From: Nitrospirota bacterium
Lineage (GTDB): Bacteria; Nitrospirota; UBA9217
Assembly: GCA_963751455.1 (NCBI GenBank)
Contig: CAVVUN010000008.1
Span: 264,636-328,635 of the forward strand
Length of the DNA stretch: 64,000 nt
Direction of reading: 5' to 3'
Below are positions 41,826 through 51,480 of this stretch, one piece after another. The position numbers were made by a program, and so were the translations under genes. Positions within the stretch are counted from its first letter, which is position 1; every line of letters begins with the position of its first letter. A model generated the notes under the pieces. It was not told the origin of the DNA. It did not search any database and worked only from the letters and a program-made list of their open reading frames with translations.

Positions 41826-42829
41826 GCTTCCTCCATAGCTGTCTTTAATTTAGAAATTGCCCTGCTATTATCAAAATCAAATCCCGTCTTTAAACTATTC
41901 AAATCTATTATGGCTTTTTCCAACTCACTGGCATTTTTCACGACTTTTGTATAGCCCAATTCTTCAAGTCGGTAATGTAAATCCTCTTTCATATCGCTTT
42001 TGGTTGGGAGTTCTCCGTATCGATAATCTCTCGGCATGACCATAAACCTTGTTCTATATTTCAGGCATTGGGTGCCGATGCCTGCGCTCTCCTGCGTGAT
42101 GACATACCGTGCATTCAGGATCAGCTCATCTATTTTTTCCGGCGCGCAAAAATCAAACACCTCGACATAGTGCGAGTTGTATTTTGTATGTCCTGCCTGA
42201 ATGATGACCTTTTCTTTTATAACGCCTTTTTTGACTAAATCTTCGACCGTTTTTACCAGCCTTGTAAACGGTTCTTCTCTTGTGCCTGCCGTGACAAATA
42301 CATAGTTCAAGTCATGCCGTTTTGTATACATGTTCTGAGGCTTGAATATCGGTCCGATATAGATGGTATTTTGATTGTGTGGATTTTCCCATTGTGAATA
42401 TATATTGTTCTTCGTCTTGAGCAAAAATGTACCGAACTTTGAATGGCCGTGCACCCGTGAAAAGGTGTCGATGTAAAGGAATTTTATGTTTAGAAGCCGC
42501 GATAGCAAAAAAGGGACAAAAGCCGTTCTCCCTGATCCTGTCGAAAGCACGTGCGTGGGCCTTTCCCTGCTGAATATTTTCAGGACCGGCGCTACCTGGT
42601 ATAAATAGGTCCAGGGCTTTTTAAAGTGAGCCATTTCAATGTAGTACACTCGCTCTTTCTTCAGTTCGCTCTCAGTCTGCTTATTTTTGTTGGTTATCCA
42701 GAAATGGTTGTAGCAGCTGAAAAAGTCGGACAGATTGGCCATCTGTTCGAAATGGCCGCCTTTTGTGCAAACAAGGGCCAATTTCTTTTTTTGATCCTTC
42801 ATCGATCTTTTGCTCTTCAGTTCCATCAT
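41822..42829 (-). CDS. Fused Alg14/Alg13-like (PssD-PssE/CpsF-CpsG) glycosyltransferase
   Basis: N-half LVCTKGGH..STGSG..SQW, C-half VFVTAGT..F.RL..IIQAG..VMPR. Confidence 0.8.
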   Translation of the reverse strand: MMELKSKRSMKDQKKKLALVCTKGGHFEQMANLSDFFSCYNHFWITNKNKQTESELKKERVYYIEMAHFKKPWTYLYQVAPVLKIFSRERPTHVLSTGSGRTAFVPFLLSRLLNIKFLYIDTFSRVHGHSKFGTFLLKTKNNIYSQWENPHNQNTIYIGPIFKPQNMYTKRHDLNYVFVTAGTREEPFTRLVKTVEDLVKKGVIKEKVIIQAGHTKYNSHYVEVFDFCAPEKIDELILNARYVITQESAGIGTQCLKYRTRFMVMPRDYRYGELPTKSDMKEDLHYRLEELGYTKVVKNASELEKAIIDLNSLKTGFDFDNSRAISKLKTAMEEA

Positions 42830-43828
42830 TTATGCCGCCACCATCGCAGTGTTGACGGTGGAAAGGATCTCAACCACATTCTTGGCGTGCTCGACGCCGG
42901 TCAGGCATGTTGTCCCGTTTTCGATACAGTCCAGAAAATGATCGATCTCAACCTTCAGCGGTTCCTTGAAATCTATCTTCGGCTGCAGTACGTCTCCGGA
43001 ACGGTGATCAAAGGCCTGCTGCAGACTGCTGCGGTCGCCGTTTGCGGACGGTTTTCTGTCTATCCCTTTATCGTAAATAGTAATCTTGTTATCCGCCATG
43101 TCATCGTACACAACCATTTTTTTGGAACCCGCTGCGACCATCATACGGACTTTCAGAGGATCCAGCCAGCTGACGTGGATATGGGCCATGATCTTTTTTG
43201 GGTACATGATGCTCATGAAAACGACGTCATCGATATTCTCCTGAATGAAATCGGCTCCGCTCCTTATGACGGAGAGCGGCTTCGGATCGCCAAGCCAGTA
43301 TTGTATGATGCTGATATCATGTGGCGCCAGATTCCACAGCGAATCAACGTCGGACCGGATCTTGCCGAGATTCAATCGTTGACTGTAGATGTACCGGATA
43401 TCACCAAGCTCCCCTGAATCGATCAGTTTCTTGACGTAGCGTACCGCATTGTTAAAGAGAAACGTGTGCCCGACCATCGCAACAAGATTCTTTTCGGCCG
43501 CGAGCCTTCCGATCTGATCCACCTCTTGGACGCTCCGTGCCATCGGCTTTTCGACTAAGATGTGCTTCCCTGCAGCAAGCGACCGCATAGCCAGATCAAA
43601 ATGGGTCGCTACAGGCGTTGCAATTACCACTGCCTCGACGTCGGGATCTCGGATCACTTCTTCAACGTCCTCAATGACCCGTACTGCAGGATAGAGGCCG
43701 CGCACATATTCTCTCCTTTCGGGTGATAGGTCCGCCACCGCTGATATCTTGCATTTTTTGTTTGCCACAAGGTTCCTGAGAAGATTCGGTCCCCAGTAAC
43801 CCACGCCGATTTGTGCTATATGTACCAT
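42830..43828 (-). CDS. Gfo/Idh/MocA-family oxidoreductase
   Basis: GVGYWGPN, VEKP, NLAPHD. Confidence 0.92.
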   Translation of the reverse strand: MVHIAQIGVGYWGPNLLRNLVANKKCKISAVADLSPERREYVRGLYPAVRVIEDVEEVIRDPDVEAVVIATPVATHFDLAMRSLAAGKHILVEKPMARSVQEVDQIGRLAAEKNLVAMVGHTFLFNNAVRYVKKLIDSGELGDIRYIYSQRLNLGKIRSDVDSLWNLAPHDISIIQYWLGDPKPLSVIRSGADFIQENIDDVVFMSIMYPKKIMAHIHVSWLDPLKVRMMVAAGSKKMVVYDDMADNKITIYDKGIDRKPSANGDRSSLQQAFDHRSGDVLQPKIDFKEPLKVEIDHFLDCIENGTTCLTGVEHAKNVVEILSTVNTAMVAA

Positions 43829-43908
43829 GTCACTACCTCCCTGGACTATGATTGCCCTCGTTGCTGTTGCAAAGCGGTTATTTTATTAGGGCGTCGCCTG
43901 TTTTCATC

Positions 43909-44904
43909 CTACGCCCATTGACTATGTTTTTTTCTAAACAGGTTACGGCATATAACTGCGAGACGAAGCGGATAATGAAACATCGGATTTTTGGCTCCAT
44001 AATAGAGAAGCCATTCTTCCGGCGTGAATGTATTTTTCTTGCTTCGAGCCTCATCTGCCAATTGCTTATTTCGCGTATGAAAAGCAAGTCGCAAAGAGCA
44101 TTCCGCAAAGTATATTTCATACTTCTGCTTTAACCGTTGTGGAAGATTATACTTGTTGCAAAGATAGAGAAAAAGTTCCGCATTTGAAATTGAGAACCGC
44201 AATGCCTTTGTGACGTTCTTGCTTCTGGTAGCTGATTCATCGGTGATGTTATGAGTAGCCAGCGACTCAGGGATAAAATAAAGACGGGCCTTAGTTGCCA
44301 TCTCCGCCCAGAGTTGGGTATCACCCATGAGAAAATGGCCGCTTTTGTGAAGGTAAGGATCGGCTTCAATGATCTGCTCACAAAGAACCCGGCGCACCAT
44401 AACGGTACAGGTGAGAGGTGCGCCCTTGCCGCCGACAATATCGGATATACCGGGGTTTTCCGGCATCTTCCGCTTTCGGTATTTTATAAAATCATTTATC
44501 TTCTGCTTAGAGCTGACATGATACACGTCATAACTGGAATACACCAAGCCACACTCCGGATGACGTTCGAGGTAATCTGCCTGTTTTTGCAGTTTGTGAG
44601 GACTCTGCCAGTAGTCATCACCTTCGCAAAAGGCAATGTACTTTCCTTGACAGGCTCTCGTGGTGCGGTATCCGTTATTTTTCATTCCGACATTCTTTTC
44701 CGACGCGATCACTCGAATGATATCCGGATATTTTTTTTGATATTCAAAGACAATTTCCCGTGTACCATCGATAGAGCAGTCCTCTCCGATGACCAGCTCG
44801 AAGGGAAAATCCGTTTTCTGCTGTAAAACTCCCTCGATAGCCTGGACGATAAAAGGCGCGTGGTTGTATGTGGTCATGTGGATGCTTACCAGAGGCTCTG
44901 TCAT
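43909..44904 (-). CDS. Glycosyltransferase family 2
   Basis: PLVS..TYNH, GEDCS.DGT, FCEGDDYW..KLQKQ. Confidence 0.92.
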   Translation of the reverse strand: MTEPLVSIHMTTYNHAPFIVQAIEGVLQQKTDFPFELVIGEDCSIDGTREIVFEYQKKYPDIIRVIASEKNVGMKNNGYRTTRACQGKYIAFCEGDDYWQSPHKLQKQADYLERHPECGLVYSSYDVYHVSSKQKINDFIKYRKRKMPENPGISDIVGGKGAPLTCTVMVRRVLCEQIIEADPYLHKSGHFLMGDTQLWAEMATKARLYFIPESLATHNITDESATRSKNVTKALRFSISNAELFLYLCNKYNLPQRLKQKYEIYFAECSLRLAFHTRNKQLADEARSKKNTFTPEEWLLYYGAKNPMFHYPLRLAVICRNLFRKKHSQWA

Positions 44905-44919
44905 GTTTTAGAAACTCCC

Positions 44920-45040
44920 AACCCGGACAAGCCGGGATATTTGCCACAGAGCACACAGAGGGCACAGAGAAAACCAAGAAGCGTCTAGTTCAACTCTTTA
45001 AAAGATTTTCTCTGTGTTCTCGGTGACCTCTGTGGCAAAA
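44920..45040. repeat. AACCCGGACAAGCCGG end plus inverted CACAGAG 9-nt-period arms
   Basis: GCCACAGAGCACACAGAGGGCACAGAG ... CTCTGTGTTCTCGGTGACCTCTGTGGC. Confidence 0.78.
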
Positions 45041-45093
45041 AGCTTTTCAAGATTTTGATTTGTAACTTACTAACTCTGATGAAAGTAGTTCTT

Positions 45094-45152
45094 AGCTCAT
45101 GGCTCGTAGCTCGTAGTAAAAAGTCCAGACTAAGAGCTATCAGCTACGAGCT
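45094..45152. repeat. Inverted repeat with 7-nt-period arms
   Basis: AGCTCAT-GGCTCGT-AGCTCGT-AG ... CT-AAGAGCT-ATCAGCT-ACGAGCT. Confidence 0.7.
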
Positions 45153-45153
45153 G

Positions 45154-46620
45154 CTATTCTGCTGTTCCTGCCTTCACCAACGGCATTCTATTCCACATCG
45201 CCTGCCAGATTTCCATAAAAGCCTTCAGACGAAAAGCGCGGCACAGGGAAACATAGACGATAATCCCCGTGATAATTTGCACCAAGAGCATGAACCAATT
45301 GCCCGGAAACTGCAGCAATCCAGCTGCATATACCCCGCTGCCCATCAGTACTGCCACGATGAGATACGGGAACAGGTCAAGCACCTGCTCCTTGATCGGG
45401 TAACTGATCAGAATTCCGTTGTAATAACTGTTCAGATAATAACCGATGACCGAACTTACGATCATGCCGTAGATCATTGCCGAGATGCCCCACCGCCATG
45501 TGATCGCTATATTGATCCCGATCATGACTTTTTTTATGATTTCCAGGCGTAAAAACAAGTCGGACCGCCCCATGGCTTGCAGCACATTCAAGTTCATCAG
45601 GTGCAACGGAAACAGCAAGCCGGCCACACAGAGCAGCTGCAAATAGGGAACACACGGCAACCATTTTTCAGTCAACAGCACCAGCACCAATGGACGCGCG
45701 ATAATTGCCAAACCGAGCATCATCGGGAAATTCACCAGAACCAGAGCAGTCAAGGCCTTTTTCAGTCCTCTTTTCAAGCGCGCACGATCATCCTGGATGG
45801 TGGAAAAAACGGGAAAAGTGACCCGTCCTACGATTCCCGACAAGGTTTGAGAGGGAAGATCATTCAAGGTCTTGGCGCGTGTAAAAAAACCCAGATCGGA
45901 TGCTGAAAAGAACTTGCCGATGACCAGCAGATAGATGTTATCAAAAATCTGGTTAAGGATACCCGAAAACAGCAGACGCGAGCCGAAGCCGAACATTTCG
46001 CGCAGGGCATGAAAGCTGAAGATCAGTGCCGGCCGCCAGGGACTGAAAGACCAGAGAGAGATGGTTAAAAAAAGCGCGGCAGATACTTGCTGAACAACCA
46101 GGCTCCATACACCAAAACCAAGGGCCGCCAGGGTAACTCCGGTCACGCCCGACAGAGCACCGGCAATCAGATTTGCCTTGGTCAGAGTCTTAAAGTTGAT
46201 TTGTCTGGTCAGGACAGTGTTCTGAATCAAGCCGAAGGAATTGATCACGATGGTCAGCGACAAGGCTCGCGTCATTGGAGTCAGGACAGGCTGTTTATAG
46301 AAAGCGGCAATCCAGGGAGCGGCCATGCACAGGAAGCCCGCAGCAGCCAGCCCTACCAATATATTAAAATAGAAAATCGAACAGGTATCGGTTTGCGTTA
46401 TTTCCCGTTTCTGAATCAGGGCGGCGCCGAATCCGCTGTCAAGGAACGTTCGGATGACGGCAATGAAGATGGTCAGCATCCCGATCAGGCCGAATTGCTC
46501 GGGAAACAGCAGTCGCGCCAAAACAATCCCGATGACGAATTGCACGCCGCGTTGTGCAACAGACTCGAGAAAACTCCATACGAGGGCATGAACTGTTTTC
46601 TGATGAAGATCGTCCGCCAT
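45154..46620 (-). CDS. wzx: Wzx/WzxC-type polysaccharide flippase
   Basis: VLARLLFPEQFG, DSGFGAALIQ, multi-TM MOP pattern. Confidence 0.9.
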   Translation of the reverse strand: MADDLHQKTVHALVWSFLESVAQRGVQFVIGIVLARLLFPEQFGLIGMLTIFIAVIRTFLDSGFGAALIQKREITQTDTCSIFYFNILVGLAAAGFLCMAAPWIAAFYKQPVLTPMTRALSLTIVINSFGLIQNTVLTRQINFKTLTKANLIAGALSGVTGVTLAALGFGVWSLVVQQVSAALFLTISLWSFSPWRPALIFSFHALREMFGFGSRLLFSGILNQIFDNIYLLVIGKFFSASDLGFFTRAKTLNDLPSQTLSGIVGRVTFPVFSTIQDDRARLKRGLKKALTALVLVNFPMMLGLAIIARPLVLVLLTEKWLPCVPYLQLLCVAGLLFPLHLMNLNVLQAMGRSDLFLRLEIIKKVMIGINIAITWRWGISAMIYGMIVSSVIGYYLNSYYNGILISYPIKEQVLDLFPYLIVAVLMGSGVYAAGLLQFPGNWFMLLVQIITGIIVYVSLCRAFRLKAFMEIWQAMWNRMPLVKAGTAE

Positions 46621-46739
46621 GTTGTCCGTAATGCAGGGTCGAGGGTCCCGGCAGCCGGGGTCAAGAGACTGCATCACCCCGGACCCCGGACCTGGTCCCT
46701 GTAACCTCGCCGCGCTTTATGGTCACCCCTGGATCTGTT

Positions 46740-47189
46740 CTACTGAACTACTACCGTCCCCTTCACCCAATCTGCACAATGGTAACCATATGTTCCGGGG
46801 ACCGGAAATCGGAGACAGACGGAATTTCCCGGCTTAATAACGGGAGGAGTAGACCACGACTTGTTATCGCTGATGATCTCCCACCACCAATACGGGTCTG
46901 TATCGGTGATGCCATCAGTCCATTTTACAATCCCGTTGACAGGAATGGTAACGGAGTTCGGCGAAAAGTACTCAACAGTGCGGGAATCCTTAATCAGGGC
47001 TGTCGCCGACATTGAGACCTTGCTTACCAGGTTGTCATCCGTCGGGCAAGGATACACTTCTTCAACCGTTTTTACTGTCCCGATCACGTTTGGCGCGGGT
47101 GCCGGGCTGTTTTTGTCTCGTCCACAGGAAGTGATGAACACAAGAACAAGCATTGTTAAAAGAGCTGTAATCATCGCTATTGGCTTCAT
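46740..47189 (-). CDS. Lipoprotein with a cupredoxin-like domain
   Basis: Lipobox ITSC, FSP..VTI....VKW, F..PGTY.YHC..KG.VVV. Confidence 0.7.
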   Translation of the reverse strand: MKPIAMITALLTMLVLVFITSCGRDKNSPAPAPNVIGTVKTVEEVYPCPTDDNLVSKVSMSATALIKDSRTVEYFSPNSVTIPVNGIVKWTDGITDTDPYWWWEIISDNKSWSTPPVIKPGNSVCLRFPVPGTYGYHCADWVKGTVVVQ

Positions 47190-47304
47190 TTTTTTTCTCC
47201 TTTCATATCAGTTGTACTTATAATGGGCTCTGGAACCTCGGGGATTCAGCCACTAGGCACTGTTGCCCGACCCGTACACGCTGGTGAAAATCTCCCAACC
47301 CTTT

Positions 47305-47976
47305 TCACTTCGTTCTATACCATCCCGCATCCCGGGTCTTAATTACCTTTCCCGGGACCCCTACCACCGTGGTATTGGGCGGTACATCGCGAATAATCGT
47401 GCACCCTGCTCCTATCACAGACCATTCCCCAATGCGCACTTTTTCGATGATGTCGGCTCCGGTTCCAATGAATGTGCCCATGCCTACGGTGACATCACCG
47501 GATACGTTTACCCCTGGAGACAATGTCACAAAATCTTCTATGAGGGTTTTTTCGCCAATGGTGCAGTCCATGTTTACGATGACGTGATTGCCGATGCCGT
47601 TCTGATTAGACAAAATACAGCCCGCGTGCATTATCACGTCTTCCCCAACGGACATGTTCCGCGTTAATATGGTGTCCGGATGGATAATATTACAAAAGCG
47701 GATCCCTCGCTCTTTCGCTTTTTCAACCAGGTGAAATCTTGCGTCCGGAGCGGCAACGGCCGTAATCGCAAATACTTCTTCCTGGCAGGTGTCAAACCAG
47801 TCGAGGTCGCCGAGAACCCGGAATCCGTTTATCTCAACGCCGGGCTTCTCCCACATGGAATCCACAATGTACCCAAGAATTTCATATCGCGGCCCTGAAT
47901 GGTTACAGGCCTCAAGGATATCCAGCACCTGACAGGATAATCCACCGGCTCCGATAATTACGATCCTGCGGTTCAA
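47305..47976 (-). CDS. NeuD/PglD-family sugar acetyltransferase
   Basis: IIGAGG, IIHP, hexapeptide repeats, VVGVPGK. Confidence 0.9.
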   Translation of the reverse strand: MNRRIVIIGAGGLSCQVLDILEACNHSGPRYEILGYIVDSMWEKPGVEINGFRVLGDLDWFDTCQEEVFAITAVAAPDARFHLVEKAKERGIRFCNIIHPDTILTRNMSVGEDVIMHAGCILSNQNGIGNHVIVNMDCTIGEKTLIEDFVTLSPGVNVSGDVTVGMGTFIGTGADIIEKVRIGEWSVIGAGCTIIRDVPPNTTVVGVPGKVIKTRDAGWYRTK

Positions 47977-48030
47977 ATTTATTTCTCCCCATGCTGTTAA
48001 GGTACTTTACAAAATCAAGATAGTTAATTT

Positions 48031-48298
48031 TGATGAAGTCGTAAAAAAGCGGATTTTACCACAGAGGCACGGAGGTCACGGAGGAAAGCTCTTTAATTCT
48101 AAAGATTTTTTGTATCTACTCAGGTCCGATTTTAAAAGCCTTTGTAGGGCAACCCTTTAGGGTTGCGCCCAACATGCGAACTGGCGCGGACCGCATGAAT
48201 GCAAGGCTAAAGCCTTGCCCTACATTAAACTACCTGAGTAGTTACGATTTTTTCTCCGTGTCTCTGTGCCTCCGTGGTAGATTTTGACTTTTTACGAG
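48031..48298. mobile_element. Three-layer nested miniature elements
   Basis: Outer ends TGATGAAGTCGTAAAAAAG/GACTTTTTACGAG. Inner element 48112-48245 with GATTTTTT duplicated. Core GTAG..CTAC REPIN 48144-48223. Confidence 0.85.
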
Positions 48299-48300
48299 CG

Positions 48301-48442
48301 GATAAACGCAGATAAGGTCGGATAAAAAAACGTTCTTGTATCGTAAAAGCAATCACCCTGCGGGTGAATTTTTTTCTCTAAAAATTCTTTTGTTTGATCT
48401 GCGGTTATCTGCGTTCATCTGCGTCCAACCCATATTCAGGTT
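48301..48442. mobile_element. Reverse, truncated copy of the 12440 element
   Basis: Reverse complement matches 12455-12585 almost exactly. Confidence 0.85.
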
Positions 48443-48485
48443 CAAAGATTTTGGTTTCGTTTTATCGGTCTGAGGTAGAGCGTCG

Positions 48486-49666
48486 CTAAGTAGTAATATC
48501 TCGCTGAACAAAATCAATAAGGGAATATTTCTTGTCAGTTGCATTGTTCCAGTGGTCCCGTGTTCCCTGGTTTGCATTGGCAGCCAGGACCAGATAGGTT
48601 TCGTCTTGCGCGGTAAGGTTCTGCTTCTGCCACTGAAGAAAATCATACATAACGCAGTCTACAGCCACCGGGTCTGTGGATAAAAAAATCCTTTTGGGCC
48701 AGGCATCATTCCCAAACACACTCCATCGAGAGGTTGCGGTATAATTAGTCATCCAGTTCCCATAAATGCCGTCACCGATGAATAAGAGCGGTTTTACCCT
48801 CCACATTGCTATTTGCATAAATTTCAACGAGAGGGTTGTTCCTTGTTTTAAAAAAGGAGTTTGTGAAATTTCGGGATTGTCGACTTTTCAAACAGGCCCG
48901 AAGAGGTTTTTATAGGTTAATGTGATTCCTGCCATTCCATGCGCTTTCAGATTGGCATATGAATGAAGTAGGTTGAAGAGCCGAGTTGGTCCGGCAATTG
49001 TGAATTGCTTATATCGGCATCGCCGTGGTCGTATTGTGAGACCGGGATCTGATGAGTGAAGGTGCAGGCGGAACTATACGCTGTCGCAGAGCGCCGAAAA
49101 GGAAACCCCGGGATACGCTTCCTTTACAGGTTGCGCTACTCTATCATCGATCTTCCGGGAAGGTTCCAGAAACCAGATATCCGACTCGTCAACTCCTCCG
49201 GCTTTCAGTCCCTTCACCAGGGCCTTGAGGAGCTGCGGCAGGGGATCGATGAGATCACCGCCGATTCCGCATTGTTCGCGTTCAGTTTAACGGAAATTTT
49301 TTTGCCTGACCTATAGTTTGGAATAACGCTGATTCCACGCGTCGGTTTCTGCAGCTTGACCTGTTAATGTCGTGACGCCTTCTTTAACCATTTCATCAAC
49401 ACGGACCTGATTGACAAAACTGTCAGAACCATACCAGGTTTTACTCCCGTCCCATGTCGTTACAGTATTGTCATTCACGGCCACAACTCTGCTGCGCAGT
49501 GGGAGGAGCAGCCGGAGGAGGCGGAGGAATTATGTTCGACGAGTCCTCGATGCTATCGTTCTTACTGTCCCTGCATCCGGCCAAAAACATGGCCGGTCGC
49601 AGCTCCTGCGCATTTAAGAAACGTGCGCCTGGAACAGACCGTACATGCATCAAGCTCGTCTGTCAT
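48486..49666 (-). pseudogene. DUF362-like Tat-exported protein with several frameshifts
   Basis: SRRTFLK twin-Arg signal, then fragments RVVAV..WYG, ISVKLN, L.IGDGIYG, STDPVAVD in different frames. May be assembly error. Confidence 0.6.
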
Positions 49667-49937
49667 GTGCGTATTCACTCCTTCTTCCTGACCCGAATAG
49701 CACCGACTCGCGTCGGGACAGGCCGGGACCAAAACATTGAAACGACAAAACGCCAAGGACAGGCGAAGATTTTTTAACCTAAAACGGCAGTTGCTTTTGT
49801 TTGGCCGCAAAGAACGCAAAGAAAATCAATAAAAATCTAAAAGCGTTCACCTTCTCGGTGATACGGCTTTTTATTCCAAATGTTTGATTTTTCTCTGCGA
49901 TCTTTGCCTGCGCCCAGCGGATAGAATTATCCTTGTC

Positions 49938-51229
49938 TGTGCAACATGCACATGGGTTACATTTTAACCTATGGACATGGGTTACACTTTTCTTAACTTA
50001 GGCTCCACTTTCCCGAGCCTTCACGTCGAGTATGCCGATAGGATGGAAACCGAAGCGGATTTCGTATTTTCCATCTGCTGCCTCGACAAGACCGACTCTT
50101 TCTCCGGCCAGAAGCTCGGAGATGAAGTAGTAGGTTCTCGTTAAACCGGATTTCGCCGTTGATGGCGGACCGTTCGAACCTCGACGCCGTGATCGTACTC
50201 AGGTTCGCGGAGTTTTTCCGGGAACCTCCTGGGTGACGGCTCGTAAACGCTCGCGGGCGTCTTTTTGTCGAGCGCCTCATGCGGGCGGTCGTAATTGTAT
50301 TCGTGCCGGAACTCATCGAACCGGATTTGTTGGCGGTTCATGTCCGCCTTGGGCGGCTTGGCCGTGTCCTGCTTCAGGGTACGGTGCATCCGCTCATGAC
50401 GCCCGTTTTGCTGGGGCTTGCCGGATTCTATCCGTTCCGGCCTGATGCCGAGCTTGATCCACCAGACCGACAACCGGCTGAGGCCGGTTACCCCGCGCCC
50501 GGCGAACGGCGTCCCGTTGTCGGTGCGTATGGCCTCCGGCAGGCCGAATTCGCGGAACGCCCACTCGAACCATGGCCGGGTGTCCGCGTGGCAAGGAGAA
50601 TAAAGGCCCTTGCACGTAAGCAGGTAACGGCTCATGTTGTCGGTGATGGTCAGAGGATAGCACCATCGGCCATCGCCGGTCTTGAACTGGCCCTTGTAGT
50701 CTGCGCTCCAGACCTTGTTCGGCGCGTCGCAGGCCAGAAAAGGTTCACTGTATTTCGGCGTCCTCTTGCGCAGCCGCCGATCCTTGACAAGGCCCCGTCT
50801 TTTGAGCCATTTCTCGGCGGTACAGACAGAGGGCCATTTGATCTGGGGCTGGTCGCACGGTTTAAGAAGTCTAACAGCTTCTTGGGACCCCAGGTCATAT
50901 GCAACTGCTTTGCTTCAACCAGACGGTCGATGATTTCCTCGTCGGTCTGGTTCGGATGATTGACCGGAGCGCGGCAAAGTTCTTTTAGGCCATCCTGGCC
51001 GAGCCTGTCGTAACGCTCGGTCCATTTGTAAATGGTCTTGCGGCTTACTCCGTAGATCACAGACAGCTCGGTGATACTGTAACCGGTAAGCCAGTCGGCT
51101 ATTAACTTTAAACGCTCTTCCATGGGCTCCGTCTTTCTCCAGGGCATAGGATAATCCTCCTAGCCCTGCAGTTTAACGTGTTACCCATGTCCATAGGTTA
51201 GTTTGTTACCTATGTTAGCAGGTTGTACC
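49938..51229 (-). mobile_element. IS481-family insertion sequence
   Basis: TGT-starting end with repeated TAACC(C/T)ATG sites mirrored at 51178-51229, enclosing an IS481-type transposase. Confidence 0.88.
49993..51147 (-). pseudogene. IS481-family transposase with frameshifts
   Basis: MPW..ER, GVSRKTIYKW..RY, WGPKK, WSADYKG, TDNGTPF, PQQNGRHERMHRTLK, RPHEAL across frames. Confidence 0.88.
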
Positions 51230-51339
51230 GTCCACTAGCCCCTCTCCTTCAAGGGGACGGGTGAGGATGGGTTTTTATAAACGAGTGCAGGGTGAGTTCT
51301 CTGCGGTTAACTGCTCTTTTTAGATGGAAAGAAAATTTC

Positions 51340-51470
51340 ACCGCGAAGGCGCAAGGAACGCAAAGGAAATCCTTAAATTTTAATTCTGGGTTAGAGCTTT
51401 AAACCTTCGCGACCTTCGCGCCTTGGCGGTTCAAAGGTTTTTGATTTTGGTTCCGGCTTGTCCGGGTTAG
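51340..51470. repeat. GCGAAG-arm inverted repeat plus TCCGGCTTGTCCGGGTT end
   Basis: Same arm family as 10644. The end motif is the reverse complement of those at 44920 and 63904. Confidence 0.78.
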
Positions 51471-51480
51471 GTTTAAGGCT

